The notes beneath the pieces were generated by a model. That model was given only the letters and a program-made list of their open reading frames with translations. It was not told the DNA's origin and made no database searches. DNA of 64,000 nt from Planctomycetota bacterium (lineage in GTDB: Bacteria > Planctomycetota > Phycisphaerae > SM23-33). Positions 18,804 through 28,161 of the stretch are shown piece after piece. Within the stretch, counting starts at the first letter, position 1; the number at the start of each line of letters is the position of its first letter. The DNA lies in assembly GCA_022705325.1 (NCBI GenBank), contig JAKJER010000004.1, positions 129,724-193,723 on the forward strand, in the 5' to 3' direction. The translations under genes and the position numbers were made by a program.

Positions 18804-20042
18804 TCACGGGCCCTCGAAGAAGCCCAGGAACACTTCGCGCAGGTCCTTGCCGAACTGCTGCCAGGCCGCCGCCGTGGCGGGTTGTTTCAGGCCGGCGATC
18901 CAGTTGGCGTTGAACTCCAGCACGCAGGCGTCGATGCCGAACCGCTCCAGCAGCCCCTCGCCGATGCTGCCCGGGTTGCGGAAGCTCGAACCCGAACTGC
19001 CCTCGGTGAACCACGTGTGCTTGCGGAGCAGTTGTTCCAGGCGGGCCATGCGGGCCAGGTGTGCGTCGAGCTTCACGTTCGGCCGAGAGATGTGCAGCCC
19101 GCCCCCTTCGTCGTTGTGGAAGTCGATCAGCAGGTCCGGCCGGCGGCCCCGGTCGATCATGCCCTTGAGCCACGTCTCCAGGGCGTGGTTCTCGGGGGCC
19201 AGGCGCGGGTCGGGCGGCTTGTCCCAGTTGCGGTTGAGGTCCTTGCCCAGCAGGTTGAATCGCGTCCAGCCGCGGGCCACGCCGTCCTTGTTGGCCATGG
19301 GCATTACGTACAGGCAGTAGCGCTCCAGGCAGCGGCGCGAGAGGGCGTCGTCAACCAGCAGGGCGCGGATCAGGCCCTGGGCCACCCAGTTGCCGCCCGG
19401 CTCCCATGCGTGCGCCCGCGCCCGCAGCACAACGCGGTGCGGGGCGTCCGGCTTGCCCACGCGGATGACCTCCAGATCCCGGCCTTCGACCGTCTTGCCG
19501 ATCGTCGTGATCTCCACCAGCGGATTCGGTCGGATCTCCGCGATCAGGCGGTCCAGGTCGCTGATGCGGTAGGGCTCCAGGCGGGCCACGAACAGCGAGC
19601 CGCCCTCCAGCTTCACGCGGAAGCGCAGGGCGTTGCCCTCGATCTTCTCGGTGGGCGTGGTGGTCCAGGTTCGTCCGTCCGCCGAGACGAAGCAGGCGGT
19701 CTTCTTGGAGATGGGCGAGCCGGGCCGCCCGTTCCAGACATTGTCGAAGTTGTGCAGGACGACCGTGAGTTCGGCGCCGCTTCGGCCCTGGAGTTGGAAG
19801 AACCAGTGCCCGGCCGCCCGGTTAGGCGAGTTGCGTTCGTAGTCGTACGAGAGATACACGTGGACCGTGCCGTCGGCGTCGACGGACCATTGCAGGGGCG
19901 AGGCGTTCTCGAAGGCTGTGCTGATGAAGGCAAGATCGGCCGGGGCCGATGCCGGTTGGGTCGCCGGGGGTGCTCCTGTGGCGGCATGGATCAGGCAAAG
20001 AGCGGAAGAGACTGCCCAGACGGCCTTGCGATCGCTATGCAT
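18804..20042 (-). CDS. secreted M14-family zinc carboxypeptidase-like protein
   Basis: Signal peptide; HAWEPGG (HxxE zinc ligands), NRNW and DFHNDEGGG motifs characteristic of peptidase M14. Confidence 0.65.
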   Translation of the reverse strand: MHSDRKAVWAVSSALCLIHAATGAPPATQPASAPADLAFISTAFENASPLQWSVDADGTVHVYLSYDYERNSPNRAAGHWFFQLQGRSGAELTVVLHNFDNVWNGRPGSPISKKTACFVSADGRTWTTTPTEKIEGNALRFRVKLEGGSLFVARLEPYRISDLDRLIAEIRPNPLVEITTIGKTVEGRDLEVIRVGKPDAPHRVVLRARAHAWEPGGNWVAQGLIRALLVDDALSRRCLERYCLYVMPMANKDGVARGWTRFNLLGKDLNRNWDKPPDPRLAPENHALETWLKGMIDRGRRPDLLIDFHNDEGGGLHISRPNVKLDAHLARMARLEQLLRKHTWFTEGSSGSSFRNPGSIGEGLLERFGIDACVLEFNANWIAGLKQPATAAAWQQFGKDLREVFLGFFEGP

Positions 20043-20150
20043 GGCAAGTTCCTTTCTGCGGGTCGGGCGGCTTGGCAGTATACCGCACGTGCGTGTTCAG
20101 GCAACAGCACGCGACGCTGGGCGTTTGGAGAGCAGAAAGCCAGGCGGACC

Positions 20151-22133
20151 ATGAGAGAACGAATTGCAGGCTGCATTTTGGTGGTGATGTTGTCAGCGGG
20201 GGCGATAGTCTCGCAGCCGAACGCGGGTGCGGAAGCTCCCCCGGCGGCGCCGGTGAGCAACGGCGGCTTTGAAGCCGGCCGGGCGGACGGACTGCCGACG
20301 GGATGGCATGGCCCGGCCCGCTCCTTCGCGAGGGACGAGTCGATCGCTCGCGGGGCGAGTTCATCGCTGCGCTACCGCAACGGCGACGCGGCCCGCTATG
20401 AACTCTGCACGCAGCGGCTGGCGTTGCAGGCGGGGGCCAAGTACGAGTTCTCGGCCTGGATCAAGACGGACAACATCCGAGGCGGCGACGCCGGCGGCGG
20501 GGCGGCGATCTGCATGGAGTGGTCCGGCAAGGACGGCAAATGGATGGGCGGGCACTACCCGTCGGGGTTGACCGGCACGAAGGACTGGACGCGCGTAGTC
20601 GGCGTGGTTCGCGTGCCGCGGGAGGCAGCATCGTTCACGATCACGTGCTACGGCCGTCCGAAGACGACGGGCACGGCCTGGTTTGACGACGTCGAGGTCC
20701 GCCGCGTCTTCGACCCGCCCCTGGACAGCTTCGTGGCGGCGCCGAACTATCGCGGCTGGCTGAGGGCCGACGACCCGGCAGAGGTCCGCATTCGCGCTCG
20801 TCTGAACCTGCTGGACGTGCAGAGCGGGGCGGAGGAGCTGAAGCTGGAGGCGGCCCTGCGGGATGCGAGCGGACGGGTGCTGGCCCGGGCGGACGCTCGT
20901 CCGAAGGGAGAATCGCACGAGCTGACACTGACGGTCGCGGAGCTGGCGCCCGGGGGGTACCAGGCGGAGATACGCCTGCTGGACGGTCGCGGACGGGAAC
21001 TGGGGCGGAATCTCCACGAGTTGCGCCGCCCGGAGAAGGCCTTCGGCCCGCGCGTCACGATCGACCGTCATGGGCGGACGATTGTCGAGGGCAAGTGCTT
21101 CCTTCCGCTGGGCATGTATTTCAGCAGCATCAACGAGAAGGACCTCCGCCTGCTGGCCTCGGGGAAGTTCAACTGCGTGATGCCCTACGGATCGCCCAAT
21201 CGGGAGCAAATGGACATGGCCCAGCGGCTGGGCATGAAGGTGATCTACTCGGTCAAAGACTTGTACGCCGGTTCAATGCATTGTCCCAAGCACATCAAGA
21301 CGGTCGCCGACGAGGAGCGGGCCGTGCGCGATCGACTGAAGGAGTTCCGAGACCACCCCGCGCTGCTGGCCTGGTACCTGAACGACGAGCTGCCGCAGTC
21401 GTTCATGGACCGACTGGAGGCCCACCAGAAATGGGCGGTCCAGGACGATCCGAACCATCCCACGTGGGTGGTGCTCTACCAGGTGGACGAGCTGGCCGAC
21501 TACGTGCGGACGTTCGACGTGATCGGGACCGACCCGTACCCTATCGGGCGACACGCGCCGAGCATGGCCGGGCAGTGGGCCCGGCAGACAGTGGGGACGT
21601 TTGCAGGCGCCCGCCCGGCGTGGATGGTGCCCCAGGTTTTCAATTGGGGCAACTACGAGAAGGGCGACAAGAGCAGGCTTCGCAGCCCGAGCTATGAGGA
21701 AATGCGGTCGATGGCCTGGCAGTGCCTGTGCGAGGGGGCGACGGGACTGATCTTCTACTCGTTCTACGACCTGCGGCGCAACGTTGACGTGAGCTTCGAC
21801 GAGCAGTGGGGGCGGCTGACGCGGGTGGTGAGCGAGATCGACTCGCTGGCCGACGTGTTGTTGTCGATCGAGCCGACGGGCGAGGTGCGGGCGGAGGCGG
21901 TGCCGGGAGGCAAGTCGTGGCTCCACTGGACGGCCCGGCGGCGAGGCGGGCGCCTGTTCCTCTTCTGCGTCAACAACGGTGACGGGGAGGGAGAGGTGGC
22001 CGTGACGCTGCCCCGCCCGGCCGGGCAGGTGAGGCTCCGCGGCGGCGGGGCGGGCCCGGCGGTGAAGGGACGTTCCTTCCGCGACAGGCTGGGCAAGCTG
22101 GAGGTGAAGGTGTACGAGGTGGAGGAGAAGTGA
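20151..22133 (+). CDS. secreted CBM4/9-like carbohydrate-binding module + GH-A-like TIM-barrel glycoside hydrolase
   Basis: Signal peptide; NGGFEAG...GWHG CBM4_9-type start; YLNDELP and FNWGNYE motifs; ATG at 20151. Confidence 0.55.
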   Translation: MRERIAGCILVVMLSAGAIVSQPNAGAEAPPAAPVSNGGFEAGRADGLPTGWHGPARSFARDESIARGASSSLRYRNGDAARYELCTQRLALQAGAKYEFSAWIKTDNIRGGDAGGGAAICMEWSGKDGKWMGGHYPSGLTGTKDWTRVVGVVRVPREAASFTITCYGRPKTTGTAWFDDVEVRRVFDPPLDSFVAAPNYRGWLRADDPAEVRIRARLNLLDVQSGAEELKLEAALRDASGRVLARADARPKGESHELTLTVAELAPGGYQAEIRLLDGRGRELGRNLHELRRPEKAFGPRVTIDRHGRTIVEGKCFLPLGMYFSSINEKDLRLLASGKFNCVMPYGSPNREQMDMAQRLGMKVIYSVKDLYAGSMHCPKHIKTVADEERAVRDRLKEFRDHPALLAWYLNDELPQSFMDRLEAHQKWAVQDDPNHPTWVVLYQVDELADYVRTFDVIGTDPYPIGRHAPSMAGQWARQTVGTFAGARPAWMVPQVFNWGNYEKGDKSRLRSPSYEEMRSMAWQCLCEGATGLIFYSFYDLRRNVDVSFDEQWGRLTRVVSEIDSLADVLLSIEPTGEVRAEAVPGGKSWLHWTARRRGGRLFLFCVNNGDGEGEVAVTLPRPAGQVRLRGGGAGPAVKGRSFRDRLGKLEVKVYEVEEK

Positions 22134-22157
22134 CCGCTTCGTCAGAGAGCTTCGGCG

Positions 22158-23723
22158 CTAGGCGGGGTCGGAAGGCGTGACCTCGACGGGCGGGAGGGTC
22201 TCCGCGCCGGATGCCTGGGGCGTCTCGACCTCAAGAAGCGAATCGCCGAGCTTGTCAACTTGTCTCAGGAATGCCGTCACCACATCCGGGTCAAGCTGGG
22301 TGCCGGCGGCACTGCGGATGATGGCCGCGGCGTTGCGGCCATGCGTTGCCCCGCGGAACGATCGAGCGGAGGTGATGGCGTCGAAGCTGTCGGCGACGGC
22401 GACGATCCGGGCCGTCAGCGGGATCGCACGTCCCGCCAGCTTGTCAGGATACCCGCCTCCGTCGAAGCGTTCGTGGTGGGAGCGAACACCCGGGATCACC
22501 ATCTCCAGGAATTGCGTACCGCTGAGGACTCTGGCCCCGATCAGCGGGTGGCGGCGCATGAGATCCGTCTGCCGATCATTCAGCCGACCCGTGCAGAGAA
22601 CGATGTCGTCCGGCAGGGCCAACATGCCCACGTCGTGCAGCAGCGCCGTCAGTTCGACCCGCTGGACGATCTGCTCGGGCAAGGCCATCTCGCGTGCGAT
22701 CAGCCTGGCATACTGCCTGACTTTGCGGGCATGGTCGGCCATGTGCGGGTCGCGACGTTCCATCGTGGCGACGACGTCCTGAAGCGCCCGCACGAAAAGC
22801 GACTTGAACTGCGTGTCCAGCGAGGCCAGGTTGTCCTTCAGGTGGGTCATCCGATTCTGGGCGCGACCGTCTCCCGCCTCCGCTTCCTCCAGCACGTGGG
22901 ACTGAACGAACCGGTTCCGCCCTTGTTTCTTGGCTTCATACATGGCGCGGTCGGCCAGGGCAAACAGGTCCCGGGCCGAATGGATCTGCCCGGAGTTCAG
23001 GTCCGCAATGCCGATGGAGGCGGTTGTATTGACCCGCTCCTCATTCAGGACGACCACCTGACTTCGGACGCCGGTCAGGATCCGCTCGGCTACCACCGTG
23101 CTGCTGGTGGCGGAGGTGCCAGGCAGGAGAATGGCGAACTCGTCGCCCCCCAGCCGGGCCGGCAGATCGGTCTTGCGCCCGCAAGAGACCAGGACGTTCG
23201 CCACGGCCTTCAGCAGGTCGTCACCCGCCTGGTGGCCGGCAGTGTCGTTGATGGCCTTGAACAGGTCCACGTCGAGCAGGATCAGCGACAAGGGACGGTT
23301 GAATCGCTGCGCATCGAGGAAGGCCCGCTCCAGTTCCACGTCGAACTGTCGGCGGTTGGACAGGCCCGTCAGGTGGTCCGTCTTGGCTTGGCTGGCGAAA
23401 CCGCCAAAAATCTCCCGAATTCTGCGGGCCAGAGCCAGCGGTTCGGCGTGCAGATTCCGGGTGAACTCCTCTTCGCAGAGGTTGTCTCCGAGCTGGATCT
23501 GGCCTACGCGGTCCAACAGCCTTCGCAGGGGGTTCGCCAGCACCAGGATCGCCACCGCTGTCACCAGGACCACTCCTCCACTGGCCAGGATGAGAAGACC
23601 CGCCATTCGTCCGGTGTTGCCGAAGGTCGCCCCGCTGACACGCATGCCCAGCAGGAAGAACCCCGCGGCGACCAGGACCGCGATCAGGGTCAAAAGAAAA
23701 GCGGATGAGCATCGCAGCTTCAT
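22158..23723 (-). CDS. membrane-anchored diguanylate cyclase (GGDEF) fused to HD-GYP phosphodiesterase domain
   Basis: Two N-terminal TM helices; RLGGDEF active site; HDVGM...HHERFDGGGYP HD-GYP motifs. Start MKLRCSS at 23721-23723. Confidence 0.8.
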   Translation of the reverse strand: MKLRCSSAFLLTLIAVLVAAGFFLLGMRVSGATFGNTGRMAGLLILASGGVVLVTAVAILVLANPLRRLLDRVGQIQLGDNLCEEEFTRNLHAEPLALARRIREIFGGFASQAKTDHLTGLSNRRQFDVELERAFLDAQRFNRPLSLILLDVDLFKAINDTAGHQAGDDLLKAVANVLVSCGRKTDLPARLGGDEFAILLPGTSATSSTVVAERILTGVRSQVVVLNEERVNTTASIGIADLNSGQIHSARDLFALADRAMYEAKKQGRNRFVQSHVLEEAEAGDGRAQNRMTHLKDNLASLDTQFKSLFVRALQDVVATMERRDPHMADHARKVRQYARLIAREMALPEQIVQRVELTALLHDVGMLALPDDIVLCTGRLNDRQTDLMRRHPLIGARVLSGTQFLEMVIPGVRSHHERFDGGGYPDKLAGRAIPLTARIVAVADSFDAITSARSFRGATHGRNAAAIIRSAAGTQLDPDVVTAFLRQVDKLGDSLLEVETPQASGAETLPPVEVTPSDPA

Positions 23724-23879
23724 CGAGGTGCCTCTATTCTGGAATTTCCGGGAGATCCGGACCGTCTTCGGATTCTGCTCGTCGGGGGGCGCGTCTCTCG
23801 CGCCTTGCGGACATACACCCACTTCTGTATCGGCTCGTTCCGCAAGCGACTTCTCCCGTTTTTGCGATCATCGGTTACA

Positions 23880-25826
23880 ATGGCGGCCAGCGAACGCAGG
23901 AGCCTGATTGTGGGTTGGAACGCGATGGGACAGATTGTGCTGGGCTGGTTGGTGTGGGGTTCCGCTCTGCTGGGCGTGGGGTTGTTGCTCCGGCGGCTTT
24001 GGACGCCGCGCGGGCTTCGCCCAGCCGGGTTGCTGGTGACGTTCTGGACCGGCTTGTGCGGCATGATCTTCCTGCTGCAGATATGGCACCTGCTCTGGCC
24101 GGTTGGCTTGACAGCGACGATCGTCCTGTTGGCGTTGGGTGGTCTGGGGCTGGTGTTGGGGCGGCGCGAGCTGGCGATGATGCTGGGCGAAGAGGCCCTG
24201 CGGCGCCCGGTGGTGTTGGTGGCGGCCCTGGCAGCGGGGATGTGGCTGGCCAATCGCGGACTGGGCCCGAACTGCTGCTATGACAGCGGCGTCTATCACA
24301 TCCAATATGTCGAGTGGGCCAAGGCGTATCCGATCATCCCCGGGCTGGGCAACCTCCACTGCCGTCTGGGCCACAGCAATGCCATACTCCTGGTCGCGGC
24401 CGCGATGGACCACTTCCCCGCGCCCGGCCGGGCGAGCCACTTCATGTATCCGTTGCTGGTGCTTTCCCTGTGGCTGGCGATGATCGGTGCAGCGGGGCGG
24501 CTGATCCGCCGCGGGCGGGCGGGCGACGCGGGCGCCGTGTTCTACCTCCTGTTCGCGTTCGTGCTGCTGGAGTGGACGCTGCGCGAGTCGTTCTTCAGCA
24601 GCTTCCACACCGATCTGGCCGGCATGATCCTGCTGCTGGTGGCGACCGGGGTCCTGCTGCAATTCCTGCGAGGCCTGCACGAGTCGTCGCCCGGCCAGGT
24701 GCGGGCGGACCTGGTGACGATGGCGGTCTTCGCGGGGGCGATGATCGCGATCAAGATCAGCATGGGCGTAGCCGCCGTCGCGCTGGGAGCGACGGCTTTC
24801 GTGGCGGCGTGGGTGGCGCTTGGCGACCCGGCTGGGCGAGCGGCGATGGGCGGACCAGCGTGCCGTCCCGTGCGATCACTGCTGGCGACCACGGTGTGGA
24901 TGGCCCTGGCGGGTCTGGCGTTCGTGGCCCCGTACGTCGCGCGCAACGCGATCCAGACAGGCTATCCGCTGTACCCCAGCGGGGCCTTTGCCCTGAACGT
25001 GGACTGGAAGATGCCCGACGCTCGCCGCGACTGGCAGTATCGCCAGATCGCCAATTGGTCGCGGGCCGAGGTGCAGGGGGCGGTGTTGCCGCCGGTGCCG
25101 GAGAACTGGTTTCCCGGCTGGCTGGAGCGATTCCTGGCCCGCAAGCTTCTGCTGGTCCTGCCGCTGGTGCTGACGGCAGGAGCGGTTGTGCTGACGCTGG
25201 CGGTCGGGCGTCGGGGAGAGCAGCGATTGCCCAGGCGGTGTTGGCTGGCGGTGGCGCCGCTGGCGGCGAGCCTGGCGATCTGGTTCGTGATGGCCCCCGA
25301 CCCGCGCTACGGTGGGATGGCCCTGCTGTGGGCCCTGGCGGCGGTGACGGTGTCGCTGGCGGCGGCCCGGAGTCTGTCGCAGGCGCCGGCGTGGGCGGTG
25401 CGGCTGGCTGCGGCGGCGTACGTGGCGGCGGCGTTCTTCCCGATAATCGTGCTGAGCCCTCTGGACAAGGCGGAGATGGAGAATCGGCCGGTGCTGGCGG
25501 CGGTGGTGGACGAGATTCTCATGCCGCCGGGCGAGGACGGAGGCTTCCACCGGCCGCCCAGCTTCCCCAGCACGAGCTACACCACGCCCTCGGGCCTGAC
25601 GGTCACGATTCCGGTGCTTCGCAAGGAGAAGTGGGTCCGCGTGGACGTGGGCGGAGGGATGTTCTTCTGGGGCACCGAGCACGAGAAGGAAACCGAGCTG
25701 TATTACGTGCCCATTCCTTCCACGCCTTATCCCTCGCCGCACCTGGCGCTTCGTAAAGCGGGCGACCTGCGGAGCGGCTTTCGGTTTGTGCCTCTGCCTC
25801 CCGGCGCGGATGAGCAGCACCCGTAG
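23880..25826 (+). CDS. large polytopic membrane protein, GT-C-like (candidate polyprenyl-phosphate-sugar-dependent glycosyltransferase)
   Basis: >12 predicted TM helices with a C-terminal soluble region. Convergent with, and adjacent to, a GT2 polyprenyl-P-sugar synthase gene. Start uncertain (23805 to 23925). Confidence 0.45.
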   Translation: MAASERRSLIVGWNAMGQIVLGWLVWGSALLGVGLLLRRLWTPRGLRPAGLLVTFWTGLCGMIFLLQIWHLLWPVGLTATIVLLALGGLGLVLGRRELAMMLGEEALRRPVVLVAALAAGMWLANRGLGPNCCYDSGVYHIQYVEWAKAYPIIPGLGNLHCRLGHSNAILLVAAAMDHFPAPGRASHFMYPLLVLSLWLAMIGAAGRLIRRGRAGDAGAVFYLLFAFVLLEWTLRESFFSSFHTDLAGMILLLVATGVLLQFLRGLHESSPGQVRADLVTMAVFAGAMIAIKISMGVAAVALGATAFVAAWVALGDPAGRAAMGGPACRPVRSLLATTVWMALAGLAFVAPYVARNAIQTGYPLYPSGAFALNVDWKMPDARRDWQYRQIANWSRAEVQGAVLPPVPENWFPGWLERFLARKLLLVLPLVLTAGAVVLTLAVGRRGEQRLPRRCWLAVAPLAASLAIWFVMAPDPRYGGMALLWALAAVTVSLAAARSLSQAPAWAVRLAAAAYVAAAFFPIIVLSPLDKAEMENRPVLAAVVDEILMPPGEDGGFHRPPSFPSTSYTTPSGLTVTIPVLRKEKWVRVDVGGGMFFWGTEHEKETELYYVPIPSTPYPSPHLALRKAGDLRSGFRFVPLPPGADEQHP

Positions 25827-25870
25827 ACTTCAGTTCCGCTCGCGGCCAGGCGAGGCTGTGGAGTCTGTGT

Positions 25871-27049
25871 CTACTCGCCTGCCTTCGCCTTTTCCGCCAG
25901 CGCCCAGATGACCCGGATAGACGCCCCGGCCAGGGCCAACCAGCCCGAGAGGGCGACGCAGCCGGCGGCGGTCCACAGCAGTCCGAGCCGGGCAGCCGGC
26001 ACGAAGAGGGCGATCAGGAACACCACCAGCGCGACGACGAAGAAGAACACGCCCGCGAAGACGAGTTTCTTGGGCCTGGCCAGGCGATGCAGCAGGCGTT
26101 GGCCCGCGGTGGGGGGCTTGAGCGGGCCCAGCAGCGACCAGTTGGCCTGGCGGCAGAGCAGGCCCGCGAACAGGGCCTGGAGCAGGACGAAGACGAACCC
26201 GCCGCCCAGCACCGCCGTCATCGCGGGCGGCGCGCCCACCAGCCAGGCGAGCAGGGCGGCCACGCCGCCGGCCAGGGCGAATAGAACGCCCATCGCCGCC
26301 ATCATGGCCACCGGCTTGTAGCAGGCTGCGGTGAAGAGAATCGTGGACAGGAACTTGATGCCGTCCTTGACCACGCGAAGCTTCGACTCGCCCACCCGCT
26401 CCTCGTAGGGCATGGGGACTTCCTCGATCTTCAATCGCGGATCGAGCAACGCGGTGCAGCTCATCACCGGGGTGAAGTGCAGCCCGCTGGGCTGGGGGGC
26501 CAGGTAGGGCAGGCAGCTTCGCTTCATGATCCGCATGCCCGAGGCGGAGTCGGTGAGCGACTTGCCCGAGATCAGGGCGATCAGCCCGGCGAAGAAGCGG
26601 TTGCCGATCCGCCGCACCAGGGGCATCTTGGTCTGCGGGGTCAGGCGGGCGCCCAGGACGATATCGGCGTCGGCTTGGTCCAGGCGGTTGACCAGTTGCA
26701 CGCAGAAGCCGGGGTCGCATGTGCCGTCGGCGTCCATGAAACCGACCAACTCGGCGTCGGTGGCCGCGTAGCCGGCCTGGATGGCGGCCCCGTACCCGCG
26801 GTTCTTCTCGAAGCGGACCTTGACGACCTCGTCGTAGCGGTCGGCGATCTCCTGGGTGCGGTCGGTCGAGCCGTCATTGACGAACACCACCAGCATCTCG
26901 CGGACGCTCGTCTGGGCGGTCACCTGCTCGCGGGCGGCCAGGGCTCGCTCCAGCGTCGAACCGATGGCGTCCTCTTCGTTCAGCGCGGGGATCACCAGGG
27001 CCAGGCGCCGGCCCGCGGCGGCGGGTTCATTCTTTTGTTCACTCTGCAC
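25871..27049 (-). CDS. GT2 family glycosyltransferase, polyprenyl/dolichyl-phosphate hexose synthase-like (GtrB/ArnC/DPM1-like) with C-terminal TM helices
   Basis: LALVIPALNEEDAI, VFVNDGSTD and MDADG (DxD) motifs, plus a C-terminal membrane domain. GTG start at 27047-27049. Confidence 0.75.
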   Translation of the reverse strand: MQSEQKNEPAAAGRRLALVIPALNEEDAIGSTLERALAAREQVTAQTSVREMLVVFVNDGSTDRTQEIADRYDEVVKVRFEKNRGYGAAIQAGYAATDAELVGFMDADGTCDPGFCVQLVNRLDQADADIVLGARLTPQTKMPLVRRIGNRFFAGLIALISGKSLTDSASGMRIMKRSCLPYLAPQPSGLHFTPVMSCTALLDPRLKIEEVPMPYEERVGESKLRVVKDGIKFLSTILFTAACYKPVAMMAAMGVLFALAGGVAALLAWLVGAPPAMTAVLGGGFVFVLLQALFAGLLCRQANWSLLGPLKPPTAGQRLLHRLARPKKLVFAGVFFFVVALVVFLIALFVPAARLGLLWTAAGCVALSGWLALAGASIRVIWALAEKAKAGE

Positions 27050-27091
27050 CAGTAGGCTCCTTCATCAGTCTGGCCCGGTCGGCGGCAGGGG

Positions 27092-28075
27092 CTACGAGCC
27101 GTACCCGTCCGGGTGTGCCGAATGCCATCGCCACGCGCTGGCGATGACTTCCTCCAGGTTCCTCACCTTCGCCCGCCATCCCAGCACCTGCTCGGCCCGG
27201 TCGGCCAGGGCATACATGGCCGGGGCGTCGCCGGGGCGGCGGGGAGACTCCACGACGGGGATATCACGTCTGGTCACCTTGCGAGCCGCTTCGATCACCT
27301 CGCGGACGGAATGCCCGCGCTGCGTGCCCAGATTCAGGACCATCTGCCGGCCGGGCTCGAGCCGCTCCAGGGCGGCCAGGTGCGCCTCAGCCAGATCGTC
27401 CACGTGGATATAGTCGCGAATGCACGTGCCGTCGGGCGTGTCGTAGTCCGTGCCGAAGACGGCGACATGCGGCCGTTTGCCGGCCGCCACTTGCAGCACC
27501 ACCGGGATCAGGTGGATCTCCGGGTCGTGGTCTTCGCCCAACGTGCCGTCCAGGGCGGCCCCCGCAGCGTTGAAGTACCGCAGGCAGGCCGAGCCCAGAC
27601 CCCAGGCCGGGCCGCAATCCGCCAACGCCTGCTCCATCATGCGCTTGGTCCGCCCGTATGGGCTGATAGGCTCGGTGGGCATGTCCTCGGTAATGGCGGG
27701 TTTGGACGGCAGGCCGTAGACCGTGCAACTCGAACTGAAGACCAGGCGACAGATCGACAACTCCGCCATGGCCTCCAGCAGGTTGATCGTGTTCACCACG
27801 TTGTTGCGGTAGTATCGCAGCGGAAACTGGACGGACTCCGCCGGCTGGAGGAACGCGGCGAAGTGCAGCACCGCGTCGGGTCGGAAGGCAGCCAGTTCCG
27901 CCCGCAGAGCGGCGCGGTCGGCCAGATCGCCCACGCAGATCTCGTCGGCCGGGGCGGCCGGGCGGTGGCCCGTGCTGAGGTTGTCGTAGATGCGCAGGCG
28001 GTGGCCGGCCTGACGCAGCCGCTTGGCGCAATGGCTGCCCACATATCCGCACCCGCCGGTGATGAAGACGTTCAT
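27092..28075 (-). CDS. galE: UDP-glucose 4-epimerase
   Basis: MNVFITGGCGYVGSH Rossmann motif and YxxxK (SPYGRTK) catalytic motif; about 327 aa. Confidence 0.8.
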   Translation of the reverse strand: MNVFITGGCGYVGSHCAKRLRQAGHRLRIYDNLSTGHRPAAPADEICVGDLADRAALRAELAAFRPDAVLHFAAFLQPAESVQFPLRYYRNNVVNTINLLEAMAELSICRLVFSSSCTVYGLPSKPAITEDMPTEPISPYGRTKRMMEQALADCGPAWGLGSACLRYFNAAGAALDGTLGEDHDPEIHLIPVVLQVAAGKRPHVAVFGTDYDTPDGTCIRDYIHVDDLAEAHLAALERLEPGRQMVLNLGTQRGHSVREVIEAARKVTRRDIPVVESPRRPGDAPAMYALADRAEQVLGWRAKVRNLEEVIASAWRWHSAHPDGYGS

Positions 28076-28161
28076 TCGCAGTTCCTTGGCACTGCGGCGC
28101 CCGGCGGCCGCCCGAAAACAACGCAACCACCTGTCGCCGATACTACTGTATCGGCAGAAAG

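Noticed and set aside
18510-22133. 1207-aa plus-strand ORF
   Set aside because: The first ~545 codons are antisense to the M14 peptidase gene and low-complexity. The real gene starts at the ATG at 20151, with a signal peptide right after it.
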